From assembly GCF_039654945.1 (NCBI RefSeq), contig NW_027361982.1:1178001-1242000 (forward strand): a stretch of DNA of 64,000 nucleotides. Direction: 5' to 3'. This document shows, in pieces, positions 13,201 to 23,423 of the stretch; the stretch's first letter is position 1, and every line of letters starts with the position of its first letter. A program made the translations under genes and the position numbers. The notes below the pieces were generated by a model. That model saw only the letters and a program-made list of their open reading frames with translations. It searched no databases and was not told where the DNA came from. Source of the DNA: Dendrobates tinctorius (taxonomy: Eukaryota).

Positions 13201-16200
13201 AGCAGCAGCTGATGACTGTGGGACGCAGGGACCTGCAAAATGGGGGGAAAAATGTCAGTGCAGACGTCCGGTCACAGCGCTCCATCCATAGTGATGGATG
13301 GCCCTTTTAAGGGCCACCACCCTTCCAATATCTGTACCTTTTCCATTCCACATGCAGCTATTATCACAGATTTCACCCTATGTATTGCAGGTGTTAAATT
13401 AATGGTTAAAAGTTGCAAATAGAAAAGACGTGCTGCAGATTTTAAAATCGTCACCATGTGTCAATTTTCACAGATTTTTTTGCAGCATATGAATCAGATA
13501 TTAAAAGGGCCACCCATCACTTTTTTTTATTTAAAACAATTGTCCCAATGGTGATCTTAATATAAAAGGAAGATGTGGTCACCTACTGGACCCCTGATGT
13601 TCCTCTTGTACTGCTGCTTGCCACCCCAGAAGTTTCCTGACTTCCTCCTCTGACAGAAGATGTCAGGGGACCGGTATAGCCAATCAGCAGCCACTGACTG
13701 GCTGCAATGGTCACATGCTATCCAAGCTGACAGAGCTAGGAGATCAGCAGGGAAGACAAGCAGCAGCGGTGAGATTTTCTTGCTAGTTTTCCACACACAA
13801 TCGGCACCTCTGAAGGCTTCACAAACTGGCATCTGTTATGGATTTCTATCAATGACGACCAGAATCACTCACTGCGAGGAGAGCCCGGGGACACAGACAC
13901 GAGCCACGGACCCCCATCACCGTTATCCGAGGATGAGGAGGAGATGTAAGGGACCAACATCTGCCTGGAATGAAACACACCAGTCACAAGCGGCTGGTTT
14001 GTGCCACGCGCACAGGGAAATTTATCACGTTCTTACCGAGAGATTTGCTTGGAATTTAGTTTTGATTTTACATCAGAACCTTAAAGAAAAAATGCTGGTG
14101 TTACTATTCCCTACAGAGACCGTGCCAATCTTCTGATCACTCCGAACCCCTAGCTTCCATCCATCACAATGCATGAGCGGATATGATGATGAGGACTGAT
14201 GGGAGAGGAGTCAGTCTAGTGAATAAACAACCGTACCCCTATAAGTGCTACAGTTGGAGATTAATAGAAAGAACAGCGCAGACTCTTATCTTACCCCTTG
14301 ACCTCCATCTTCTTCTGACTCTCCGGCGAGCTTTTCTGTGCTTAATGGTGACAGATTCAGAACGTCTCGGGGTCCAAAGTGGTAGTAAACCTGCAAGAAA
14401 AGAGGGATCTGAACACTTAAGTACCTCCCTGCCGAGAGAGAGAATTTTTTCCGTCTGCCAGACAGGATTTCAGGGTTAAATTCCCGGCTGACTTCCTTTC
14501 TATGCGCATGCGTACAAAATGTGGATCCTGCAGCAAAAAAAACGTTGCAGGGTCCGTCCAGGCATGTCGGCTGACGCAAAAAATTTGGCGGATCCGCAAA
14601 AAAACGGATCCAATGGATGGCCATCCGTCAAGATCCGCCGGTAATGCAACTCAATGGGGAAAAAAATGGATCCGCCAAAAAAAATGGCGGATCCGTTTTT
14701 TTCAAAAACCGGCGGATTTTGACTGATGGTCAAAAACGGAAGTGTGAAACAGGCCATAGACACATGCCCCTGTCTCTACTTACCCTCGCAGCTGCTATGG
14801 GGGTCAAGTTTGCTCTGAGTCTCTTGAACTCTGCGTTGCAGTAACTGGATGTAGGAGATGACGTGGAGCATCATCCTCTGAGAGTTACACTACAAGACAT
14901 GTACATCATATATACACCATAAGACTATATTCACAGATCGTCCAGACTATACACATCCCCAGGAACATATAAATATACATAGAACATGAAGACTATATAT
15001 ACAGTGGGTACGGAAAGTATTCAGACCCCTTTAAATTTTTCACTCTTTGTTTCATTGCAGCCATTTGGTAAATTCAAAAAAGTTCATTTTTTCTCTCCTT
15101 AATGTACAGTCTGCACCCCATCTTGACTGAAAAAAAACAAATGTAGAAATTTTTGAAAATTTATTAAAAAAGAAAAACTGAAATCAACTTTTTTGAATTT
15201 ACCAAATGGCTGCAATGACACAGAGTGAAAAATGTAAAGGGGTCTGAATACTTTCCATACCCACTGTATATCATGCACTCTGTACATCACCATACATAAT
15301 ATATGCTGCCCTGTGCAAAGGTTTTAGGCAGCGGTAGAACAAATGCTGCAAAGTAAAAAGCTTCCAAAATAGAAGAATAGTTTATTTCTATCAAATGATA
15401 AAATGCAAAATGAACGAAATGTAAATTCCATCAGTATCTGGTGACCACCTGTAGCCTCAATCATCAGTATCTGGTGAGCACCTGTAGCCTCCATCATCAG
15501 TATCTGGTGACCCTGTGTCACCTCCATCATCAGTATCTGGTGACCGCCCGTAGCCTCCATCATCAGTATCTGGTGACCACCCGTAGCCTCCATCATCAGT
15601 ATCTGGTGACCGCCGGTCGCCTCCATCATTAGTGTCTGATTAGATACTGATGATGGAGGCGACCGGCGGTCACCAGATACTGATGATGGAGGCTACGGGT
15701 GGTCACCAGATACTGATGGGATTTACATTTCTCTTTTCTTCATTAATTTTGCATTTTGTTAATTGATAAATGATCATTTCTATGTATGAAGCTTCTTACT
15801 CTGAAGCATTTTTTCTGCACCTAACACTTTTGCACAGCGCTGTATATCACCTAGACCATATACATTATCTGGGCATCTCCACAAGCTTCTAACACCTATG
15901 TCTGCACTTTACAGTTTTGATTAAATGTTCTGGTTCCTTCTTCAGGCTCTTTCTGGATATGGAGGATGTCAACAACAAAAATCAGGAGCCGAGAATGTCT
16001 CCTAAACCAGAATGTGGAAACTCAGCATCCCTCATTGTGTGACCCTTTATAATACACACAGCCCCACACATCTCCTGTCCCAAAATATACACCATTACAC
16101 CTACAGAAAACCTTACAGCTCCAGAATTGACTGGAGACGAAACTTGGGATCATTATGTTGTGGCATAAACTCCGCACTGTGTCCAATAAACAGACCTGGA

Positions 16201-19200
16201 ATCCATGCTGTTTCCACTGCCTACCGGGAAGGGTCATCACCAGCTCCTCCATGTCCACTAATCGTCTGGCCCTTAAAGGGAAACATACTAATTACTCCTT
16301 TGTACGAGATGATGGGTAGAGAAATGGTCGGATGCCTGGTGTGGCATTGTTGAGCTGTGGTTCTCAGCCTGGGTCTAAGGGGGAACGTGGCGTCCAGGCT
16401 ACGAGTTTATGACAAAAGTGGACACAACTACTGTAGATTAGAGAGTGAAACCACAAATGTGAGTGGAAAATGACTGAGGAAAGAATGAGCAGAGCTTCTG
16501 CCGTGTCCAAACGTAGCTGTCCATACGGGGCTGCACCTGTGTATGTGGTTGCACATCAATATGTAACCCAGAGCTGGGGCTTATTCACATGTCACACAAT
16601 CTCATGAGGAATCGGGGGTTTCCACTGTAGACTCCCGGTATAATAGAGCAGACTCCCAGTATAACAAAGCATATATACATTCCTGGTATAAGGGTGTAGA
16701 TGCCCATTATCATAAAGTGTAGATCCCCAGAATAAGAGTGTAAACCCCTGGGATCACAAAGCGAAGACCCCCATATAAGAGTGTAGACCCCTGATATAAC
16801 AGAGTGTAGACCCCCTGGTATAAGGGTGTAGACCCCAAGTATTACAAAGCGCAGACCCCTGATATAATAGAGTGTGGACCCCCAATATAGGAGTGTAGAC
16901 CTCCGGTATTGGAGTGTATACATCCCGGTATAAAAGTGTAGACCCCCCAGTGCAGGAGTGTAGACCGCCGATATAGCAGAGTGAAGACCTCAGTATAGGA
17001 GTGTAGACTCCCGTTACTACATAGTATCGACTCCCAGTATAGGAGTGTAGACCCCCAATGTAGGAGTGAAGACCCCTGATATAATGTAGTGAAGACTCCA
17101 GTATATGAGCATTGGCCCACTGTATTGGAATGTAGACCCCCCCAGTACAACCTCCATGTATAGGAGTGTAGACCCCCATTATAGAAGTGTAGACCCCAGT
17201 ATAAGAAGTGTAGACCCCAGTATAAGAAGTGTAGACCCCAGTATAAGAAGTGTAGACCCCAGTATAAGAAGTGTAGACCCCAGTATAAGAAGTGTAGACC
17301 CCCATTATAGAAGTGTAGACCCAGTTACAGGAGTGTAGACTCCAGTATGGGAGTGTAGACCCCAGTACAGGAGTGTAGACCCCAGTACAGGAGTGTAGAC
17401 CCCTGATATCAGTGTAGACACTGGTATAGTAGTACAGACCCTGGTATAACAGTGTAGACCCCCTCGTGTATAACATAGTGTAGACCCCAGGGTATAACAA
17501 TGTAGAGACCTAGGTAAAACATAGTGTAGACGCCCGGGTATAACAGAATGCAGACCCCGGTAAAACAGAGTGAAGACCCACCGGGGTATAACAAGAGTGT
17601 AGACCCCCGGGTATAACATAGTGTATACTCCTGAGTATAACTGAGTGCTGACCCCGGTATAACATAGTGTAGCCCCCCCGGGTGTAAGATAGTGTAGACC
17701 CCTGGGTATAACAGAATGCAGACCCCGGTATAAGAATGAAGACCCCCGGGTATAACATAGTGTAGACCCGCGGTATAACAGTGTAGACACCCGGGTATAA
17801 CATAGTGTAGACCCCCGGCAATAATATAGTGTAGACCCCCGGTATAACAGTGTAGACCCGCGGTAAAACATAGTGTAGACCCCCGGGTTTGACAGTGTAG
17901 ACCCCCGGTATAACATAGTGTAGACCCCCGGGTTTAAGATAGTATAGACCCCAGGTATAACATAGTGTAGACGCCCGGGTATAACATAGTGTAGACAAAC
18001 GGTATAACATAGTGTAGACCCCCGGGTTAAACACAGCGTAGACCCCCGGGTTAAACACAGCGTAGACCCCCCGGGTATAACACAGCGAAGACCCCCCGGG
18101 TATAACACAGCGTAGACCCCCCGGGTATAACACAGCGTAGACCCCCCCGGGTATAACACAGCGTAGACCCCCCCGGGTATAACACAGCGTAGACCCCCCC
18201 GGGTATAACACAGCGTAGACCCCCCCGGGTATAACACAGCGTAGACCCCCCCGGGTATAACACAGCGTAGACCCCCCCGGGTATAACACAGCGTAGACCC
18301 CCCCGGGTATAACACAGCGTAGACCCCCCCGGGTATAACACAGCGTAGACCCCCCCGGGTATAACACAGCGTAGACCCCCCCGGGTATAACACAGCGTAG
18401 ACCCCCCCGGGTATAACACAGCGTAGACCCCCCCGGGTATAACACAGCGTAGACCCCCCCGGGTATAACACAGCGTAGACCCCCCCGGGTATAACACAGC
18501 GTAGACCCCCCCGGGTATAACACAGCGTAGACCCCCCCGGGTATAACACAGCGTAGACCCCCCCGGGTATAACACAGCGTAGACCCCCCCGGGTATAACA
18601 CAGCGTAGACCCCCCCGGGTATAACACAGCGTAGACCCCCCCGGGTATAACACAGCGTAGACCCCCCCGGGTATAACACAGCGTAGACCCCCCCGGGTAT
18701 AACACAGCGTAGACCCCCCCGGGTATAACACAGCGTAGACCCCCCCGGGTATAACACAGCGTAGACCCCCCCGGGTATAACACAGCGTAGACCCCCCGGG
18801 TATAACACAGCGTAGACCCCCCGGGTATAACACAGCGTAGACCCCCCGGGTATAACACAGCGTAGACCCCCAGGTATAACATAGTGTAGACCCCCAGGTA
18901 TAACATAGTGTAGACGCCCGGATATAACAGTGTAGACCCCCCGGTATAACATAGTATAGACCCCCGGATATAACAGTGTAGACCCGAGGATATAACATAG
19001 TATAGAGTAGACCCACCGTATAACATTGTGTAGACGCCCGGGTATAACATAGTGTAGACCCCCAGTATAACAAAGTGTAGACCCCCGGGTATAACATAGT
19101 GTAGACCCCCGGTATAACAGTGTAGACACACTAGTGTAGACCCCCTGGTATAACATAGTGTAGAGTCTGGGTATAACATAGTGTAGACCCACTAATGTAG

Positions 19201-22200
19201 AGCCCCGGGTATAACATGGTGTAGACACCTGGGTATAACAGTGTAGACCCCTGGGTATAACATAGTGTAGACCGTCGGTATAACAGAGTGCAGACCCCGG
19301 TATAACGTAGTGTAGACCCCCGGGTATAACATAGTTTAGACCCCCAGGTATAACATAGTGCAGACCCCCGGTATAACATAGTGTAGACCCCCGGGTATAA
19401 GTGTAGACCCCCCGGTATAACAGTGTAGACCGCCGGGTATAACATAGTGTAGAGCCCCGGTATAACATAGTGTAGACCCACTAGTGTAGACCCCCGGGTA
19501 TAACATAGTGTAGACCCACTAGTGTAGACCCCCGGGAATAACATAGTGTAGACCCCCGGGTATAACATAGTGTAGACCCCCGGTATAAGAGAGTGCAGAC
19601 CCCCGGTATAAGAGAGTGCAGACCCCGGTATAACATAGCGTAGACCACCGGGTATAACATAGCGTAGACCCCCCGGGTATAACACAGTGTAGACCCCCCG
19701 GGTATAACACAGTGTAGACCCCCCGGGTATAACACAGTGTAGACCCCCCGGGTATAACACAGTGTAGACCCCCCGGGTATAACACAGTGTAGAATCGCGG
19801 TATAACATAGTGTAGACCCCCGGGTATAACACAGTGTAGACCCCCCCGGGTATAACACAGTGTAGACCCCCCCGGGTATAACACAGTGTAGACCCCCCCG
19901 GGTATAACACAGTGTAGACCCCCCCGGGTATAACACAGTGTAGACCCCCCCGGGTATAACACAGTGTAGACCCCCCCGGGTATAACACAGTGTAGACCCC
20001 CCCGGGTATAACACAGTGTAGACCCCCCCGGGTATAACACAGTGTAGACCCCCCCGGGTATAACACAGTGTAGACCCCCCCGGGTATAACACAGTGTAGA
20101 CCCCCCCGGGTATAACACAGTGTAGACCCCCCGGGTATAACACAGTGTAGACCCCCCCGGGTATAACATAGTGTAGACCCCCCCGGGTATAACACAGTGT
20201 AGACCCCCCCGGGTATAACACAGTGTAGACCCCCCCGGGTATAACATAGTGTAGACCCACTAATGTAGAGCCCCGGGTATAACATGGTGTAGACCCCTGG
20301 GTATAACAGTGTAGACCCCCGGGTATAACATAGTTTAGACCCCCAGGTATAACATAGTGGAGACCGTCGGTATAACAGAGTGCAGACCCCGGTATAACAT
20401 AGTGTAGACCCCCGGGTATAACATAGTTTAGACCCCCAGGTATAACATAGTGCAGACCCCCAGGTATAACATAGTGTAGACCCCCCGGTATAACATAGTG
20501 TAGACCCCCCGGTATAACATAGTGTAGACCCCCCGGTATAACATAGTGTAGACCCCCCGGTATAACAGTGTAGACCCCCCGGTATAACAGTGTAGACCCC
20601 CCGGTATAACAGTGTAGACCCCCCGGTATAACATAGTGTAGAGCCCCGGTATAACAGTGTAGAGCCCCGGTATAACATAGTGTAGACCCACTAGTGTAGA
20701 GCCCCGGGTATAACATAGTGTAGACCCACTAGTGTAGACCCCCGGGTATAACATAGTGTAGACCGTCGGTATAAGAGAGTGCAGACCCCGGTATAACATA
20801 TTATAGACACCCGGGTATAACATAGTTTAGACCCCCGGGTATAACATAGTTTAGACCCACTAGTGTAGACCCCCGGGTATAACATAGTATAGACCCCCGG
20901 GTATAACATAGTGTAGACCCCCGGGTATAACATAGTGTAGACCCCCGGGTATAACATAGTGTAGACCCCCGGGTATAACAGAGTGTAGACGCCCTGGTAT
21001 AACAGAGTGTAGACGCCCTGGTATAACAGAGTGTAGACGCCCTGGTATAACAGAGTGTAGACGCCCTGGTATAACAGAGTGTAGACGCCCTGGTATAACA
21101 GAGTGTAGACGCCCTGGTATAACAGAGTGTAGACGCCCTGGTATAACAGAGTGTAGACGCCCTGGTATAACAGAGTGTAGACCCCAGGGTAAAACAGAAT
21201 GCAGACCCCCCCCGGGTATAACATAGCGTAGACCCCCGGTTATAACATAGCGTAGACCCCCGGGTATAACAGCGTAGACCCCCGGGTATAACACAGCGTA
21301 GACCCCCGGGTATAACACAGCGTAGACCCCCGGGTATAACACAGCGTAGACCCCCGGGTATAACACAGCGTAGACCCCCGGGTATAACACAGCGTAGACC
21401 CCCGGGTATAACACAGCGTAGAGCCCCGGTATAACATAGTATAGACCCCTGGGTATAACAGAGTGCACACCCCCGGTATAACAGAGTGTAGACCCCCGGG
21501 TATAACATAGTGTAGACCCCTGGGTATAACAGTGTAGAGCCCCGGTATAACATAGTGTAGACCCCCGGTATAACAGAGTGCACACCCCCGGTATAACATA
21601 GTGTAGACCTGCGGTATAACAGAGTGTAGACCCCCGGGTATAACATAGTGTAGACCCCTGGGTATAACAGTGTAGAGCCCCGGTATAACATAGTGTAGAC
21701 CCCCGGTATAACAGAGTGCACACCCCCGGTATAACATAGTGTAGACCTGCGGTATAACATAGTGTAGACCCCCGGGTATAACAGAGTGTAGACCCCCGGT
21801 ATAACAGAGTGTAGACCCCCGGGTATAACATAGTGTAGACCCCCGGGTATAACATAGTGTAGACCCCCGGTATAACATAGTGTAGACCCCCGGTATAACA
21901 TAGTGTAGACCCCCGGGTATAACAGAGTGTAGACTCCCGGGTATAAGAGTGTAGACCCCCGGGTATAACATAGTGTAGACCCCCGGTATAACATAGTGTA
22001 GACCCCCGGGTATAACATAGTGTAGACCCCCGGTATAACATAGTGTAGACCCCCGGTATAACATAGTGTAGACCCCCGGGTATAACATAGTGTAGACCCG
22101 CGGGTATAACATAGTGTAGACCCCCCGGTATAACATAGTGTAGACCCCCGGTATAACATAGTGTAGACCCCCGGGTATAACATAGTGTAGACCCCCGGGT

Positions 22201-22777
22201 ATAACATAGTGTAGACCCGCGGGTATAACATAGTGTAGACCCCCGGGTATAACATAGTGTAGACCCCCGGTATAACATAGTGTAGACCCGCGGGTATAAC
22301 ATAGTGTAGACCCCCGGGTATAACATAGTGTAGACCCCCGGGTATAACATAGTGTAGACCCCCGGTATAACATAGTGTAGACCCCCGGGTATAACATAGT
22401 GTAGACCCCCGGGTATAACATAGTGTAGACCCCCGGGTATAACAGTGTAGACCCCCGGTATAACATAGTGTAGACCCCCGGGTATAACATAGTGTAGACC
22501 CCCGGTATAACATAGTGTAGACCCCCGGGTATAACATAGTGTAGACCCCCGGGTATAACAGTGACATAGTGTAGAGATCCCCTTCAGGTACATGAGATGA
22601 GCTCTGGTATGAGGTGACCGGTGTTCTCTATGTCGGGCTGAGCCATAACCCGCTGCTCCCTCAGCGCCATTATATAATACCGTCTGTCGCTGATGACAGG
22701 ACGGCGGCCGGAATTGCAGCCCCCGGCACCCACCTCCCCCGCGGAGCTCCGTCCCTCACGGCCGCCGACTCCGCCAT
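1139..22777 (-). CDS. MEIOSIN: MEIOSIN (BHMG1)-like HMG-box protein, whole gene span; spliced CDS join of 22734-22777 (or 14295-14308), 13873-13964, 13149-13232, 13007-13056, 12674-12874, 4528-4697, 4370-4459, 1139-1286; 292 aa (or 282 aa)
   Basis: All introns are GT-AG with compatible phases and give one open frame. Motifs [74 protein letters not shown]..RHPYC and PKP..LLAEKA match the C-terminal half of vertebrate MEIOSIN as I recall it. Syntenic with SNRPD2. Confidence 0.88.
1320..2700. repeat. Purine-rich ~40-45-bp minisatellite (gtcatgattattgatgaggagccaggattagtaaggaggagga) in the last MEIOSIN-like intron; resumes at 4088-4330
   Basis: Tandem units visible; the array is interrupted by the 2.7-4.1 kb interspersed element. 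Confidence 0.92.
2705..4088. mobile_element. Unclassified interspersed repeat (MITE-like) inserted in the minisatellite
   Basis: Non-tandem block that splits one array; internal repeated motifs tttttgataaccagc / gctggttatcaa. Confidence 0.5.
4370..4459 (-). CDS. MEIOSIN: MEIOSIN-like HMG-box exon (S)[29 protein letters not shown]
   Basis: 90-nt phase 2/2 exon; acceptor tctttttag, donor GTCAGA; HMG helices 2-3. Confidence 0.92.
4528..4697 (-). CDS. MEIOSIN: MEIOSIN-like exon with HMG-box start GHCSTP...[22 protein letters not shown]
   Basis: Acceptor cctttcag, donor [18 protein letters not shown].NR signature; lies inside ORF 4416..4742. Confidence 0.92.
4928..5513 (-). mobile_element. L2-type LINE 3' fragment
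   Basis: RT C-terminus YHPTRALRSADDLRL..RLQDFTRAAPILWNALP..FKPVLKTHLF; (TAA)n tail; near-identical copy at 40.8-41.6 kb. Confidence 0.85.
6664..10484 (+). mobile_element. Non-autonomous piggyBac-like DNA transposon with internal ~380-bp repeats and (CCCTAA)-like tract
   Basis: TTAA|(t)cccttt ... gaagggg|TTAA ends; second copy in the opposite orientation at 44.3-51.2 kb. Confidence 0.8.
6805..6850 (+). ncRNA. Minimal type I hammerhead ribozyme motif in a ~150-bp Penelope-like fragment (about 6796-6943)
   Basis: CTGATGA-A-GGCTA(attttatgta)TAGCC-GAAA-CGCGTT; the fragment is absent from the sister transposon copy. Confidence 0.65.
10514..11972 (-). mobile_element. CR1 LINE, 5'-truncated, RT domain split by a frameshift (ORFs 11533-11997 and 10685-11638)
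   Basis: RPVSLTSVVGK, YLDFSKAFDTVPH, SGVPQGSVLGPLLF, FADDTKL, RRLRGDLI, TRGHSLRL motifs. Confidence 0.95.
12674..12874 (-). CDS. MEIOSIN: MEIOSIN-like exon [17 protein letters not shown]...RARRLQ
   Basis: 201-nt phase 0/0 exon; acceptor gtgtttag, donor GTGAGG; SLDHxY motif. Confidence 0.85.
13007..13056 (-). CDS. MEIOSIN: MEIOSIN-like exon (V)LFEEVDIMSWPSEVVQ
   Basis: 50-nt phase 1/0 exon; acceptor ttcttttcag, donor GTAACG; FEEV motif. Confidence 0.82.
13149..13232 (-). CDS. MEIOSIN: MEIOSIN-like exon (S)[27 protein letters not shown]
   Basis: 84-nt phase 1/1 exon; acceptor attttgcag, donor GTAGGT; LxLSPxLxSSP motif. Confidence 0.82.
13873..13964 (-). CDS. MEIOSIN: MEIOSIN-like exon QMLVPYISSSSSDNGDGGPWLVSVSPGSPR
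   Basis: 92-nt phase 2/1 exon; acceptor ttcattccag, donor GTGAGT. Confidence 0.8.
14295..14390 (-). CDS. MEIOSIN: 96-nt exon of the MEIOSIN-like gene: in-frame stops followed by ATG at 14308 (MEVKG); 5'UTR/start exon or cassette exon
   Basis: Strong acceptor ctcttttcttgcag and donor GTAAGA; the ATG is in frame with the downstream exons. Confidence 0.65.
14430..14756. mobile_element. Partial palindromic MITE (cggatccg-rich)
   Basis: Repeated aaaacggatcc / ggcggatccg motifs; terminal tgtgaaacaggcc like the Harbinger-type MITE at 42.3 kb. Confidence 0.5.
15002..15266. mobile_element. Tc1/mariner-derived MITE
   Basis: TA|cagtgggtacggaaagtattcagacccc ... ggggtctgaatactttccatacccactg|TA. Confidence 0.88.
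15305..15842. mobile_element. Tc1-like MITE with internal 33-bp tandem repeats and a hairpin
   Basis: Imperfect TIR ctgtgcaaaggttttaggcag / ctgcacctaacacttttgcacag; (gcctccatcatcagtatctggtgaccacccgta)n, inverted after about 15640. Confidence 0.65.
16620..22575. repeat. ~6-kb minisatellite of 24-27-bp units (gtagacccccgggtataacatagt) in MEIOSIN-like intron 1
   Basis: Tandem units visible, with homogenised sub-blocks; source of the long STLCYTRG ORFs. Confidence 0.97.
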
Positions 22778-23000
22778 CTTCCGGGAGGACCGAGGCGAGA
22801 ATGAAAGCAGCGTGCCGGGGGCGTGGCTTCAATCACAGCTCCGCCCACGCACCTAACAGCAGCCTCCTCATCAATAATCAGGCGGGAAAGCAGATATTCT
22901 GTCACCTCACTGTGACGTCAGCTGGCCTCCTGGAGGGACAGACGGTTGTCTTGACAACGCCCTGACCTATGTGCCTAGGTCCTGGGAGTTGTAGTTCTAC
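22600..23000 (-). promoter_or_regulatory. CpG-island promoter with GC boxes, E2F-type GGCGGGAA (22881-22888), CRE TGACGTCA (22913-22920) and ZNF143/THAP11-type ACTACAACTCCCA (22983-22995)
   Basis: High CpG density in unique sequence between two minisatellites; motifs read directly from the sequence. Confidence 0.65.
22734..22777 (-). CDS. MEIOSIN: Putative first exon of the MEIOSIN-like gene, MAESAAVRDGAPRG(R)
   Basis: AAGATGGCGG (Kozak/YY1-like) inside a CpG island; donor AG|GTGGGT; phase 2, in frame with exon 13873-13964. Confidence 0.55.
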
Positions 23001-23423
23001 ATGATAAGAGTGAGATCCAGTGTCTATATAGAGAACAGAGTGCAGTTATAGCCGCACACCCAGCACAGGACAGCAGGTATAAGATCCAGTGATGCCGCCT
23101 CAGGGGGGCACAGGGGCTATTAACACAGATACTGCATTCCTTGGGTTTGCACAGTATTGCCCTCTCCCCTTTTTGCTTTGGATCAGTTTTAGGTTTAGGG
23201 CTATGCTTGACACCAGTGTTAATGTTAGGCCTCGGCTTGGGACCAGGATTAGTGTTAGGTTTCATACTAGGGTTGGGACCAGGATTAGTGTTAGGTCTAG
23301 GCTTGGGACCAGTGTGTTAGGTTTAGTGCTAGGCTTGGGACCAGTGTTAATGTTAGGTCTAGGCTTGGGACTAGGATTAGTCTTAGGTCTAGGATTGGGA
23401 CCAGTGTTAATGTTAGGTGTAGG

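Noticed and set aside
14295-14308. MEVKGQ start resembling the CCDC120 N-terminus
   Set aside because: Downstream exons lack the CCDC120 coiled-coil and instead match MEIOSIN; coincidental.
15930-16360. Plus-strand acceptor-like site (ttcttcag at 15945) and ORF 16012..16353
   Set aside because: No recognisable protein and early stops; insufficient support.
16585-22593. Many 200-650-aa ORFs (STLCYTRG/GLHYVIPG)
   Set aside because: Translations of a minisatellite that is open in all frames; no coding complexity.
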